DNA of 64,000 nt from Marinicella sp. (GTDB taxonomy: Bacteria; Pseudomonadota; Gammaproteobacteria; Xanthomonadales; Marinicellaceae): positions 1,184,001-1,248,000 of the forward strand of contig OZ246001.1 of assembly GCA_965230295.1 (NCBI GenBank). The letters are read 5' to 3'. Within the stretch, counting starts at the first letter, position 1, and each line of letters begins with the position of its first letter. Positions 29,194 through 39,634 of this stretch are shown piece after piece. The notes below the pieces were generated by a model. That model did not search any database, was not told the DNA's origin, and saw nothing but the letters and a program-made list of their open reading frames with translations. The translations under genes and the position numbers were made by a program.

Positions 29194-29931
29194 TCACCCT
29201 TTCTTAGATTTCTTTTTCTTCACGGCTCGGACCAAGCCTTGTTTTATGAAATCAAACCGATCTTTATGTATGGCTCGGCCCAGCGCTCTTAACATTGACT
29301 TCCTGGATCTGAGTTTACTGCCTCGGTGGGCATCCATATCCAATGAAACAAAGTGTTTGGCCCAATGTTGAGCAGTGGCATTGAGCTCTTCTTTGGCCAC
29401 CACCTGATCCAAGAAACCTGCTTCAACAGCCGTATTTGGGTCACATAATTCAGAAAGCAAAACAGCCCTATCATGATGTGATGTATTCAACCTTTGGCGA
29501 CAGATCTCAATGGCAGAATGTGGCATGGTTAAACCCAACTGAACCTCGTTGGCCACAATCTTGAATTCGCCTTCAACCCCAATGCGATAATCACCGGACA
29601 GCAACAAGAATGACCCCATGGCGATTGCATGACCATTGTTGGCAATGATGACAGGGGTAGGAAATGACAACAAGCGCTTTGATAAAGTGAAACCACCAAT
29701 CAACATGTCTAGGGTGTTTTTGGCACCAGTTTTCAATATATTTAAATCAAATCCGGCACTGAACACTTCGGCACGGCCAGTCAGTACAACCACAGCACCA
29801 GCCTCTTCAGCCTGATCCAAAGCCTGATTCAAATGGGCAATCATTTTCGGTGAAATCAGGTTGTTCTTGCCGTCATCCATCATGATCCAGGCAATGTTAT
29901 TTTCAATTTGATGTTTAACCAGTTTTTCCAT
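29194..29931 (-). CDS. Crotonase/enoyl-CoA hydratase family protein
   Basis: MDDGKNN, FSAGFDL, GHAIAMG, NEVQLG. Confidence 0.9.
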   Translation of the reverse strand: MEKLVKHQIENNIAWIMMDDGKNNLISPKMIAHLNQALDQAEEAGAVVVLTGRAEVFSAGFDLNILKTGAKNTLDMLIGGFTLSKRLLSFPTPVIIANNGHAIAMGSFLLLSGDYRIGVEGEFKIVANEVQLGLTMPHSAIEICRQRLNTSHHDRAVLLSELCDPNTAVEAGFLDQVVAKEELNATAQHWAKHFVSLDMDAHRGSKLRSRKSMLRALGRAIHKDRFDFIKQGLVRAVKKKKSKKG

Positions 29932-30015
29932 CTAAACTCCTAAGTGTTAAGCAACATGCCACTGAAATAGTATCAACAGCTTAGCATATGCTTGGTTAAG
30001 TCCTCATAAATATCA

Positions 30016-30882
30016 TCAATCAAAACCAGTCGCAAAAATCACATCGGAGCCATAATAAATTTGATGGTTATTGGGTTCTGAAACAGTGATCAACTGGTTA
30101 AAATCAGCATTGAAAGTGAAACCCTCCACCTGATTCTGCGGCAAAATCAATTGCGCATACTGCTGCCCGGAAAGGTCCACATCAATGATCCTGTGTGCCA
30201 AATGAGACATCAACAACAATCGACCAGTCCCCTCATCGAAATAACAACTGGACAAATCAGCACCGGCGCCCAAAAGACCGCTGAGCTGATTGAAAGACAA
30301 AGTTTCCGAGACCACCAAAGAGCCATCAGCAAAGGTCACATCTTCGCTGTTCGCTGGCCTGTTGAATTGCAACACCTGCATTTGCGGGTCTTCGATACAA
30401 ACATAAAAGACCTGATTGAAAGGATCATAGGCCACCCCTTCTCCCGAGTCACCGCCTGCCGTGTTGGCGTATGTCAGGGTTTGGGTGTCGACTTGATCCA
30501 AACGGATGTTGTGTGTATTCATCGGCGATTGCACAATAATCACTGAACCTTCAGCCCCTCCTTCTTCAACCAACGCATATTCATAGAAGTTACCATTGGC
30601 TCCTATGAATGTAATGCCTTCACAGTCTCCACAGGCCAATGAGCCGCAAAACTGCTCAGTCAATTGGCTGTCATAGCGGCAATATTGGTTTTGATGCACA
30701 GTTATGTATTGATCAGCTATCCAGTTGTAAGTGATGCCTGATAAATTGGCCACTGATGACAAGGAAGCTGCGGATGTGGGGTTTTGATAATGACTTAATG
30801 GCAGGGGTGATACGTTAATACCACCAGCTTGCGACATTAAAACCACAAACATAACTGCAAAAAGGCAGGCGTTTTTTTCCAT
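30016..30882 (-). CDS. SdiA-regulated (YjiK-like) beta-propeller with C-terminal DVIFATGFD tag
   Basis: LSGITYN, DCEGIT, GEGVAYD, DLSS, QVEG, VSEPN; signal peptide. Confidence 0.8.
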   Translation of the reverse strand: MEKNACLFAVMFVVLMSQAGGINVSPLPLSHYQNPTSAASLSSVANLSGITYNWIADQYITVHQNQYCRYDSQLTEQFCGSLACGDCEGITFIGANGNFYEYALVEEGGAEGSVIIVQSPMNTHNIRLDQVDTQTLTYANTAGGDSGEGVAYDPFNQVFYVCIEDPQMQVLQFNRPANSEDVTFADGSLVVSETLSFNQLSGLLGAGADLSSCYFDEGTGRLLLMSHLAHRIIDVDLSGQQYAQLILPQNQVEGFTFNADFNQLITVSEPNNHQIYYGSDVIFATGFD

Positions 30883-31180
30883 AATGGCTTAATCCGGTTG
30901 CTGGTATTGTTCCAGCGTCATGCCGTATTGCTTTGGAGAACTGTCAGACAGTTCGGCTGTTTGAAAATATTCATTGACACACCATGCTAAAAACCATGTT
31001 CCATTGTAATGTTGCACCCAGACGTCAACAGAGAACTTAATCACAAAACACATGCACGGTAACTTGAAACAACAAGATTTCCTCAGAAAAATGTTAGCCA
31101 GTGCTCAAAATTTGACATAATCTGGTTCTTCAAGCCCACATCACTCGTAATCTGCAGCCATTGGTATTAAATTAAATGTC

Positions 31181-32122
31181 ATGGAAGAGCTAAACAAACA
31201 AATGTTTGCACATATCGGGTTGTTTATTTTGACGCTGCTGCTCAGTTCTCCAACGGTTATTGCATCTACCGGAAACCCGACACCATTCTCGGACGAATTT
31301 GATGGTGCTGTTGACTTACTCAACAACAACACCAGTGGTTGGTCGGTTTTGGGCAGCAGCGTGATGGATGAACGAGCCACAACTGTCGAAATCAATGGTG
31401 GATTGTTAACCGTGATTCCTGAAGTGTTTGCCATGAATGCCTGGTTTGAGGATGAATACGGGCCATTGGTGTATCAGTTGGTCACCGGCAATTTTGCTGC
31501 TGTCATCAATTTGAGGGTCACACAAACCAACAACATCGACATGCCACCTGATTTGGGTTTCAATGCCGGTGGCTTTGTGATCAGAGACGCCAGCGGTACG
31601 CACAACAACGATGAAAACTGGTTGATGTATAACATGGGCGGGCAAGGCGCTGATGGCGTGACCTATGCCCGTGAAATGAAAAAAACCGTCAGCTCAGTTT
31701 CGAACCTTTACTTGACCGAACAAGTGGGATTGGAAGAGTATCTTCTGGCCTGTCGGGTGGGGGATGATTTTTATTTCTATTATTGGGCCGACGCCATCAA
31801 TGCATGGCGACAAGAAACTTATTACAACCAATTCGATGTCGATGGTACCGAAACAACCACATGGCGCAACTCAGGATCAGTGACCCCAGAAATCACACCG
31901 GCAGGCATTGGCCAAGCCAACCCCATGCATTTCAACCACCCGGCCATGCCTGCTGAGGTTCAGGTTGGTATCATGGGCCACACTTGGAGTAACGGAAATA
32001 ACGGGACACGAGCTGATTTTGACTTCATTCGATTTGCCCAATCACCGCCCCAATCGCAATCAGAATGTACCACTGCATTCAATAACATCAACGACTTGAT
32101 TTTTGCCGATGATTTTGAGTGA
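31181..32122 (+). CDS. Secreted ConA-like (DUF1349-like) protein with C-terminal DLIFADDFE tag
   Basis: Signal peptide; FSDEFDG start, GPLVYQLVTGNF, EVQVGIM, ADFDFIRF. Confidence 0.72.
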   Translation: MEELNKQMFAHIGLFILTLLLSSPTVIASTGNPTPFSDEFDGAVDLLNNNTSGWSVLGSSVMDERATTVEINGGLLTVIPEVFAMNAWFEDEYGPLVYQLVTGNFAAVINLRVTQTNNIDMPPDLGFNAGGFVIRDASGTHNNDENWLMYNMGGQGADGVTYAREMKKTVSSVSNLYLTEQVGLEEYLLACRVGDDFYFYYWADAINAWRQETYYNQFDVDGTETTTWRNSGSVTPEITPAGIGQANPMHFNHPAMPAEVQVGIMGHTWSNGNNGTRADFDFIRFAQSPPQSQSECTTAFNNINDLIFADDFE

Positions 32123-32168
32123 TGGGTCGTTGGGTTAAAATACCCTTTTTGTCTGAATCGCATCAATC

Positions 32169-32942
32169 ATGTCACATCTGAAAACCAACAGAGAATCATG
32201 GAATCAACGGGTCGAAACCCATTTCAATTCAAAATTTTATGATGTGCCTGGCTTTCTTGCTGGCAACACTTCATTGAATGACATTGAGTTAAGCGGCCTG
32301 ACAGATGTTGCCGGTAAAACCTTGCTGCATTTACAGTGCCATTTCGGCTTAGACTCTTTATCTTGGGCCAGATTGGGGGCCAATGTCACGGGTGTGGACA
32401 TTTCTGATGTCGCCATCACCAAAGCCAATGACTTGCAAACCAAAACTGGCTTGAATGCAAAGTTCGTTGCGGCTGATGTTTATCAATTTGGCCTGATCAA
32501 TCAACAACAATTTGATGTCGTTTTCACTTCATACGGTGCCATCTGCTGGTTACCGGATTTAACTCAATGGGCTCAAGTGGTGGCCAGCAGTTTAAATACT
32601 GGAGGCTCATTTTTTATGGCGGAATTCCATCCAGTCATGGATTTAATCAGTGGCTACAGTTATTTCCACAACCCGGATCCAGATTTGTCGATGGAGGACA
32701 CATACACCGAAAACGCTGATGGATCACAGCATGAGTTTGCGGTTTGGTCACATCCCATCAGTGATGTGTTGAATGCTTTGATCGAGGCTGGAATGCAGAT
32801 TGAAGCTTATCATGAATATGATTACAGCCCCTATAACTGCTTCCCAAACATGCAAGAAAGTCATCCAGGTCAATTTTCAATCCTTCACGAAGGCCAAAAA
32901 GTACCCGTGGTGTACGCTGTTAAGGCCACCAAAACAAAATGA
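32169..32942 (+). CDS. Class I SAM-dependent methyltransferase
   Basis: LLHLQCHFG, VTGVDIS, FDVVFTSYGAICWLPD. Confidence 0.9.
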   Translation: MSHLKTNRESWNQRVETHFNSKFYDVPGFLAGNTSLNDIELSGLTDVAGKTLLHLQCHFGLDSLSWARLGANVTGVDISDVAITKANDLQTKTGLNAKFVAADVYQFGLINQQQFDVVFTSYGAICWLPDLTQWAQVVASSLNTGGSFFMAEFHPVMDLISGYSYFHNPDPDLSMEDTYTENADGSQHEFAVWSHPISDVLNALIEAGMQIEAYHEYDYSPYNCFPNMQESHPGQFSILHEGQKVPVVYAVKATKTK

Positions 32943-32970
32943 AACCACCCAGAATAAAACTGGGTGGTTT
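32942..32970. terminator. Hairpin terminator between convergent genes
   Basis: AAACCACCCAG-AATAAAA-CTGGGTGGTTT. Confidence 0.7.
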
Positions 32971-32987
32971 GCAGTCAGAACGGTCTA

Positions 32988-35900
32988 TTAATCTATGCCT
33001 TGATTGCGTTTAAACTTGGGCACCAGCAGCCACAATAAATAAGCCGCCCCTCCAACCAAGGCGGCGCTCAAGGGCATCACAGGGCTGGCTTTAAAATACG
33101 ACAATGAAAAGATCAATCCCAACAATCCTGTGGTGAATATTGGCAACAAAACCCGAGGCTTCATGGCTGAGGTTTTGAATGCAAATATCACCAACCAAAT
33201 CATAACCACACTGATCAGGCTGATCATCAAGCCCACCAGGTTGCCTTGTTCTGAGGCATAACGGATGGCGAATCCAGCCACTGCGTCTGACTGGTTGGCA
33301 TAGAGTTTTTCAAATCGATACAAAATACCTTGCTTGGGCACGGTCATGCGCAGGGGTTTACCCATTTGAATTGATCCATTCAAGTCATTGGAGCGATCAT
33401 TCATACCCATTTTATGTGGGTTGACCATGCGCTTGGCGCTGATCACATTCATGTTGGTGTCGACTGCCTGGTAATTGGGACCTTGAGGTAAATACACATC
33501 CCAAAAACTGTGTGTCACCACCATGTCTGGTATAGGCAGTTGGGCTTTGAGCGTGCCAAACAAACCCATTTTTGCAATCGGCACTGCATACACCACTTCA
33601 ACCGGAAAGCCAGTGGCTGAATTGAGCATCTTGATCAGAATATCCTGGCTCAAATCAGATTGGTTTTTGGCGTTGGCAGGTTTTTCCGCTTGACCATCAA
33701 CAAACACCGACCACACTTCGGCTTCTGCCGGTAAACTCAAACGCAAAAACTGCAACCTGGAATTGCGCACATCAAACCTCGCCGTGGTAACAGCCAGACC
33801 GTCATCGGTGACCAATGTTTGGTAATCAGCCGTTTCAATCGCAGCGACTTGGGTGGCCAATTCTTGGTGGCGGGTCATCTTCAAACTCAGTTGATGGGGA
33901 GAGTCGGCATTGACGTATTTGAAGGCCAACAAAATGGGGTTGGTGGTTTTCAACACCAGCTGCTGTGGCAATTCATTGATTTCCAAAGTCGACAACTGGG
34001 TCGTTTTGGCAGCTTGGATTTCTACCGCTGTCAAAGCTTCAACGGCAATGCGCCCATGTTGAACTTCCGCACCTGAGACTTGAATCGTGGGTACTGCCAG
34101 TTCGGACTGGCTGTCACTGAGGATGTATTCGTAGTTAACTTCCAATTGAAATTGTCCGGTCATTTCCTGGGTGAATTCCACTTCAATGGTTTGACCGTCT
34201 TCCTGACCTTCGACTTGGTGGTTTCGCAATGAAGGTCCGGTCACATTCAGCACATTGACACCTTTCGGGATGGATAAATTCAGATCAACCAAACTCCCTG
34301 ATTTCACATCAATTTGAATCCCAGCGCTGCCACGCATGGTCACTTCCCCCAATGAAACCAAGGTATCTACTTGGGCATCGTATTTGCCTTGCTTGCGGAT
34401 CGGTGCCATGGTGTTGACAGTCAACAAAGGCTGCGCACTGGTGTATTTAAAGGTGTGGGCAATGGTTTGGCTGATTTGGTTGCGGAAAAATGCCGGCAGC
34501 TGGTTTTCTCCCACTCGGGATACGCCTTGCTCCTTGATCGGTTTTAAAGTCAATTCATTACCCACCAACAAAGCCACAATGCCACGTTGTCGGTGCATGT
34601 TATTGGCCCGAATGATGGGCACTTTGATCGCTTGTGCCGCTTCTGGATCCGTTGACTGGCCTAACAGTTGCTCATATTCGACGTGTAATTGAAACTGGGA
34701 TTTGACTTTGCGGTCCAGATACACGTTGATGGTTTTTACAACCTCCCCTGCTTCTTCAGTCCAGTCAGAAATACCTGCCGTTTGAGCCTTGATGCGATTC
34801 ACCTGTGCCGCCACCGGCAGCTCAAAAGACAGCATGGATGTTTCACCTTGCGTGATTTCATAATCAATCAAACCACGGCCATACAACACCCCTTCTTCGG
34901 CTGAAATGGCATGGTAGATGTTGGCATTGGCCCTGACTTTTTCGAGGATGTCTTTGGGAATGGCGTCAATCCATGAAATGTTGACCGCTTCAGACAAGGG
35001 AATGAATGCCTGGCCGGTGGTGAAGTCATCATCGCTCTGGGTCAGCACCTGACTCTTGGGAGAAAAAGTGATGTCCTTCTTACCAGGCAGCTTCAGTTCA
35101 AATTCTGAAATGGCCACTTGTGGGATCGGGAATGACACCGCAGGCGGCCCTTGTTGTTGCACCACCGGGGTTTGAAATGTGACATCCAATTGGTGTTGGC
35201 CACGGCCCTGGATCATGACTTTAAAGTAACCTTCATCTAACAGCACCGTCGCGGGTTGTTGATCGATCAACACCTCATTGAGGATCACCGAATCCGGCAT
35301 GATGGGCAATTCCACCGATTCGCCAGTAAACAGTTCCACCTGATAATTGGCTGCAAAGGTAAAGGCTTGATCGATCAATTCACCTGAGTACTTGGCGCGA
35401 CTGACCACATAGGGTCGTTTGGTGGGAACCCGCCAAGTAATCAAGAATGCCGATGTGGTGGGTATGTCAGCAGTCAGGGTGTTGGTGTCATTTTGGCTGA
35501 CCATCAGCTGATCAGATGACGGGATAACGGCCATGTCTAATTCTTGGCCATTGAAATGCACGGTCAACTCGGTGGATGAAGCCCGTGGTATGGGCACCGG
35601 TAATACAAAACCTTGGTCAGATCGTTGGGCATCGATGGTGTAGTTGATCACCAAACGTGAAATACCTGATTGTTGGGTACTCCATGACATCCATTCAGCA
35701 TCTTGTACCAATTGAATGGCCTGCCCGTCAATCATCACCGATGAAATCGCAGCCCCATAGGGTAAAACGGGAATCAGCGTCCACTGGTCCTCGAACACCT
35801 CAATGCTGGCACTGATTTGGACTTCAGCTGTGGTGCGATCTTCCTGTTCGGTTAACACCACTGTGGCTGCTGACTGCCCGATGGCATAAGCCACCGGCGC

Positions 35901-36080
35901 CGAATCTTCGGGTTTCCTGGCATCTTCAATCAGCTTGATGTAGTTGGCCAAGGGAACCCTGACATCCCCTCCAGGAACAGTCAAGTCAGTGGTTGTTAGA
36001 GTTCCGTTGGCTGGGTTAATGGTTTTGGCTGAGGCCAAATTGGTCAGCATCAACAACAGGATTAAGCATAAATTTTTCAT
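32988..36080 (-). CDS. Large exported beta-rich repeat protein with C-terminal TM helices, function unknown
   Basis: GAGG RBS, signal peptide MKNLCLILLLMLTNLASA; ~170-aa internal repeats; three hydrophobic C-terminal segments. Confidence 0.75.
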   Translation of the reverse strand: MKNLCLILLLMLTNLASAKTINPANGTLTTTDLTVPGGDVRVPLANYIKLIEDARKPEDSAPVAYAIGQSAATVVLTEQEDRTTAEVQISASIEVFEDQWTLIPVLPYGAAISSVMIDGQAIQLVQDAEWMSWSTQQSGISRLVINYTIDAQRSDQGFVLPVPIPRASSTELTVHFNGQELDMAVIPSSDQLMVSQNDTNTLTADIPTTSAFLITWRVPTKRPYVVSRAKYSGELIDQAFTFAANYQVELFTGESVELPIMPDSVILNEVLIDQQPATVLLDEGYFKVMIQGRGQHQLDVTFQTPVVQQQGPPAVSFPIPQVAISEFELKLPGKKDITFSPKSQVLTQSDDDFTTGQAFIPLSEAVNISWIDAIPKDILEKVRANANIYHAISAEEGVLYGRGLIDYEITQGETSMLSFELPVAAQVNRIKAQTAGISDWTEEAGEVVKTINVYLDRKVKSQFQLHVEYEQLLGQSTDPEAAQAIKVPIIRANNMHRQRGIVALLVGNELTLKPIKEQGVSRVGENQLPAFFRNQISQTIAHTFKYTSAQPLLTVNTMAPIRKQGKYDAQVDTLVSLGEVTMRGSAGIQIDVKSGSLVDLNLSIPKGVNVLNVTGPSLRNHQVEGQEDGQTIEVEFTQEMTGQFQLEVNYEYILSDSQSELAVPTIQVSGAEVQHGRIAVEALTAVEIQAAKTTQLSTLEINELPQQLVLKTTNPILLAFKYVNADSPHQLSLKMTRHQELATQVAAIETADYQTLVTDDGLAVTTARFDVRNSRLQFLRLSLPAEAEVWSVFVDGQAEKPANAKNQSDLSQDILIKMLNSATGFPVEVVYAVPIAKMGLFGTLKAQLPIPDMVVTHSFWDVYLPQGPNYQAVDTNMNVISAKRMVNPHKMGMNDRSNDLNGSIQMGKPLRMTVPKQGILYRFEKLYANQSDAVAGFAIRYASEQGNLVGLMISLISVVMIWLVIFAFKTSAMKPRVLLPIFTTGLLGLIFSLSYFKASPVMPLSAALVGGAAYLLWLLVPKFKRNQGID

Positions 36081-36172
36081 GGTCTTGTCCTCATTCTTCA
36101 GGCGCAAGGGCGCCCAGTGGTTACAAAATAGGGTTTAACAAATGGTGTTCCGGGTTTGGTTAGGTCAGCCGA

Positions 36173-38977
36173 TCATGGGCTGTGGGTCAATAATCGCCGC
36201 CAACTGTTGACATTCATCGACGTCACAATCAATTGGTATTGCTCAGGGTTGATACTGGACTGTGTGGTCAACAATTTCGCATATTGTTTGATCACCTGTT
36301 CATCTTGCATGATTTCCCGGTCTTCTTTCCATGCTGGAATCTGTGTCCGCATGGCTTGTAACAAGCGCAACATGTTTGACAACTCCTGTATCGCCTCATC
36401 GTGTTTGTTCTCATGCAACAAGCTTGCTGCTTGTTTCATGGTTGTGGCGAAGCGGTGGGCCAATACATTTTTCATCACATTCAGCTCCAAGGGTGAAAGT
36501 TGATTGGATCCCATGGCCAAATCCAGGGTTTTGCTGCTGCTGGCGTTGCGCAAGTAGATCAGGTCTTTGTACTTGGCATTCACTTCCACAACCGGTACAG
36601 CCTGGCGGCTACCGCTGTGATTGACCAACACATCCAACAGCACCACATGAGTGTCGCCTGCAAAGAAGCTGGGGATCACCATTTGGATGCCGTCTTCGTC
36701 TTCTCCCCGATCAGCTTGGATGCCGAGGTTTTTGGCCATGCGTTGATCCAGACTTTGTTCGGCCTCCCTGACTTGTTGTGCCTGGGCATCATCCAGGGAA
36801 TAAGAACCCAGCACATCGACCAGTTGCACGCCTTCAGCCAAACGGATTTGTAAGCGCAAGGCCCTGGCTACGGCCCGGGATGCTGCCATCATTTCGGCCT
36901 GAATCACCCGCTCGGCATCATTGACACCGGTCATCACCCGGCTATGCCCTTGTCCTTGTAAGGCCAATCGTTCCAAAGGATCGCGTTGGAAAGCGTCACC
37001 CATGGCCAAGGTACTGAAGGTGATGCCTTCGGTGGCATGGCGATGCACCGCATGTTCCAATGGTTTGGTTACCAAGGCATTGCTGTTGGCAGAAACCAAC
37101 CAAACTGCACTGGAACCCAACACGGCATTGGGGTCGTCCTGGGTTTTCAGCCATTGGGTGGCCGCTTGGATGCTCTGCTCCAGGCTGACGTGGGTTTGTT
37201 CAACTTCAACTGGTTTGGTGAACAAATTATTCAACATCACTTGAATGGGGCCATGCCTGAAATCACTGGCTTGGATCAACTGCCCCCCACCTGCGCCGGT
37301 GAAGAACACCGACACTTGGTCAGAAGATCTTTTGTTTTTCAACAAGGCATCCAGCAGTGCTTTCAGTTCGTCTTGGACGGGTTGCTCACCCAGGTCCAAG
37401 ACCAAGGCCAAATTCAAGGCTGAACGGTGGCCCCCTTTTTGTTTGCCTGCTTGCAGACCCACTTGTAGCCGCATGCGGGTGGGGCCAGTGGCCTCCAGAC
37501 TGTTGCGATCACTGTTCACATACAAGGCCAGGGCCGAGTTACTGGGTGCATCAAAAGGCTGTGCGTTTTGTCTGACTGCAGGCAGTTCAAGCGAACTTGA
37601 TTGTGCCAATTGCGCTTGCAGCCAACGCATGTTCGAATCACCAGGAATGTAGGTGTTGGCCCAATAACCAGTGGCGGCTTTGAAACTCAGACCTTCGGTG
37701 TTGGCCAGCTGGTCCAGGTAGGTTTGAGCATCCCTTTGTCTGATTGACAGCGGCGCCTGTTCTACCGCAGCAGATTCTTCGGTCATTTCGACATCAGATC
37801 GTTTGATCCTGGAACCAGTGACTCTGATGCGCTCTGTCACCACATCGTCTTGCTCATCATCCCGACCTGCCCCTGCCAAGTTCGCTTGACGGTTGTCTTT
37901 GCGCAGGTAGCCTTTGTTGGCTTCGTCCAGGCTTTGACGCCGCGGTGCGGGGGCGTTGTTACTGACCAAACCATCTGCTGGCATGCTGTCTGCTTTCAGC
38001 TTGGCTTGCTCTTCTCTTTGTGCACGAAATTCTGTTTCTCTTTTAGAATCAACTTGAGGTGAAACTTTTCCAACTCGATCTACACCCAACTCTTCTAAAG
38101 ATCTGTTAACATGTATTTGGTCTTTTGAAATCGGACTTGAGAATTCATTTCCAGATATAACGGATTCATCCAAATCAACTGCATCAGGCTTAGACTCCTT
38201 CTTCTTTTCAGCCGCTTTGGCTTTGTCTTCAAACCAGGCTGCTTCCTGACTGGATTCGGCTTCTTCTATCATGGCACCAAGTTTCGGCTCGGTTCGAGTT
38301 AACATGTCCATATCCGGGGATTCACGCAACAGATCCGGCATGGGTGGCGCAGCCAAATGTGGTATGGCTTCAGTCGCAGGTTCGGGGGTAACAAAAGCAC
38401 CGGGCTCAGTCCCTTGCAGTTGCTTCAGTGTTTCACCTACTGAAGCTGACTCACTAGGTGCTGCCACATTCATGCTTTGAACCCGTCTGTTTCGTTCGAT
38501 GTTCACTTCATCAATGTCCACCAACTCTACGGTGATGTCATCGACGGCCTCACCTTCAGGGTCTATCCATGGGGTTTCTTTCGATGCCTCGGGTTTGGCC
38601 TGTTCAGTGGCAACCGTGACTTCACCGAAGTCACCCTGGAATTCAGAAATGGTGCCGTCGTACAACAAACCGACCACAGCCACCAGCACAAAAGAGGCGG
38701 CCAGGCCTGAGGCCCATTGTTGGTTGATTCTTTTGCGGTTGACCGGTTGGTTGTTGTTGGCTTCTTGTTGGACCGCAGCCAAAGTCCTGGCAAACACGTC
38801 ATCACTGACATCGTGTTCGGGCAGTTGGTCCACTTGCTGTTGTAGGCTCAATAAGTCTTCATAATAAGCCGCACATGCACTGCATTGCTTAAGGTGTTGT
38901 TCCAGAGCTGGATCCTGGATGGTCATCGACACATCCAGATCGAGCAGCTGCTGTCTGATGTGATCGCATTTATTCAT
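36173..38977 (-). CDS. Zinc-finger (zf-HC2) anti-sigma factor fused to a degenerate vWA/YfbK-like domain
   Basis: MNKCDHIR..HLKQCSAC; one TM helix; acidic linker; ALNLALVLD vWA strand; ERLALQGQG; start overlaps the ECF stop. Confidence 0.8.
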   Translation of the reverse strand: MNKCDHIRQQLLDLDVSMTIQDPALEQHLKQCSACAAYYEDLLSLQQQVDQLPEHDVSDDVFARTLAAVQQEANNNQPVNRKRINQQWASGLAASFVLVAVVGLLYDGTISEFQGDFGEVTVATEQAKPEASKETPWIDPEGEAVDDITVELVDIDEVNIERNRRVQSMNVAAPSESASVGETLKQLQGTEPGAFVTPEPATEAIPHLAAPPMPDLLRESPDMDMLTRTEPKLGAMIEEAESSQEAAWFEDKAKAAEKKKESKPDAVDLDESVISGNEFSSPISKDQIHVNRSLEELGVDRVGKVSPQVDSKRETEFRAQREEQAKLKADSMPADGLVSNNAPAPRRQSLDEANKGYLRKDNRQANLAGAGRDDEQDDVVTERIRVTGSRIKRSDVEMTEESAAVEQAPLSIRQRDAQTYLDQLANTEGLSFKAATGYWANTYIPGDSNMRWLQAQLAQSSSLELPAVRQNAQPFDAPSNSALALYVNSDRNSLEATGPTRMRLQVGLQAGKQKGGHRSALNLALVLDLGEQPVQDELKALLDALLKNKRSSDQVSVFFTGAGGGQLIQASDFRHGPIQVMLNNLFTKPVEVEQTHVSLEQSIQAATQWLKTQDDPNAVLGSSAVWLVSANSNALVTKPLEHAVHRHATEGITFSTLAMGDAFQRDPLERLALQGQGHSRVMTGVNDAERVIQAEMMAASRAVARALRLQIRLAEGVQLVDVLGSYSLDDAQAQQVREAEQSLDQRMAKNLGIQADRGEDEDGIQMVIPSFFAGDTHVVLLDVLVNHSGSRQAVPVVEVNAKYKDLIYLRNASSSKTLDLAMGSNQLSPLELNVMKNVLAHRFATTMKQAASLLHENKHDEAIQELSNMLRLLQAMRTQIPAWKEDREIMQDEQVIKQYAKLLTTQSSINPEQYQLIVTSMNVNSWRRLLTHSP

Positions 38978-39605
38978 GGTTGACTCCTGATGGACGCACT
39001 TGGGTTTCAGGCGCATTTTGTTGGGCCTGAAAAGCCGACAATAAAGTTTGTCGAGCACGTCTGAGTTGTGATTTGATGGTGTTGATGGGCAGCCCCAATG
39101 CGGCCCCCACTTCTTTGATTTTCATGCCCTTAACAACAGACAATGTAAAGGCTTCCGCTTGGGCTTGTGGCAGCTTGATTACAGCCTGTTCCAACCAGTT
39201 GATGGTCTCGTCCAATTGTGCTGATTTTTCAGGTGTGGGCTGCTCGTCTTCAATCGTCTCGGCATCTTCTATTGCATAGCCCTTCAGTTGCTTTTTTCGT
39301 TGGAAATCTCGCAATGTGTTGACTGCAATGGTGAAAATCCAGGGACCCAAGGGTCGATTGGGTTGGTAGGTATGAGCGGCTTTGTGGATTTTTAGAAAAA
39401 TCTCCTGAAACACATCGTCTCTTTGTTGTGACTCCAAGCCGTGACGGACCAAAAATGAGTAGAGTGGTTTGCGGTAGGCTTGCATCAGTTTAACAAAAGC
39501 CTGTTGATCACCCCGCAAATGAGCAGCCAGCCAGGTACGCTCTTCGAGATCCACCACTCGGGGTTCGGTTTTATGTTGGCTGGTTAGTTGCGGCATGGTT
39601 GGCAC
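38970..39605 (-). CDS. ECF RNA polymerase sigma factor
   Basis: GDQQAF, DDVFQEIFLKIH, WIFTIAVN, TIKSQLRRAR. Confidence 0.93.
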   Translation of the reverse strand: MPTMPQLTSQHKTEPRVVDLEERTWLAAHLRGDQQAFVKLMQAYRKPLYSFLVRHGLESQQRDDVFQEIFLKIHKAAHTYQPNRPLGPWIFTIAVNTLRDFQRKKQLKGYAIEDAETIEDEQPTPEKSAQLDETINWLEQAVIKLPQAQAEAFTLSVVKGMKIKEVGAALGLPINTIKSQLRRARQTLLSAFQAQQNAPETQVRPSGVNHE

Positions 39606-39634
39606 TGTCTGTTTTCAAGCTGTACATACCCCAC

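Noticed and set aside
30889-31053. 54-codon minus-strand ORF ending KQYGMTLEQYQQPD (faint AraC C-terminus resemblance)
   Set aside because: No RBS and no further AraC motifs; cannot be supported without a search.
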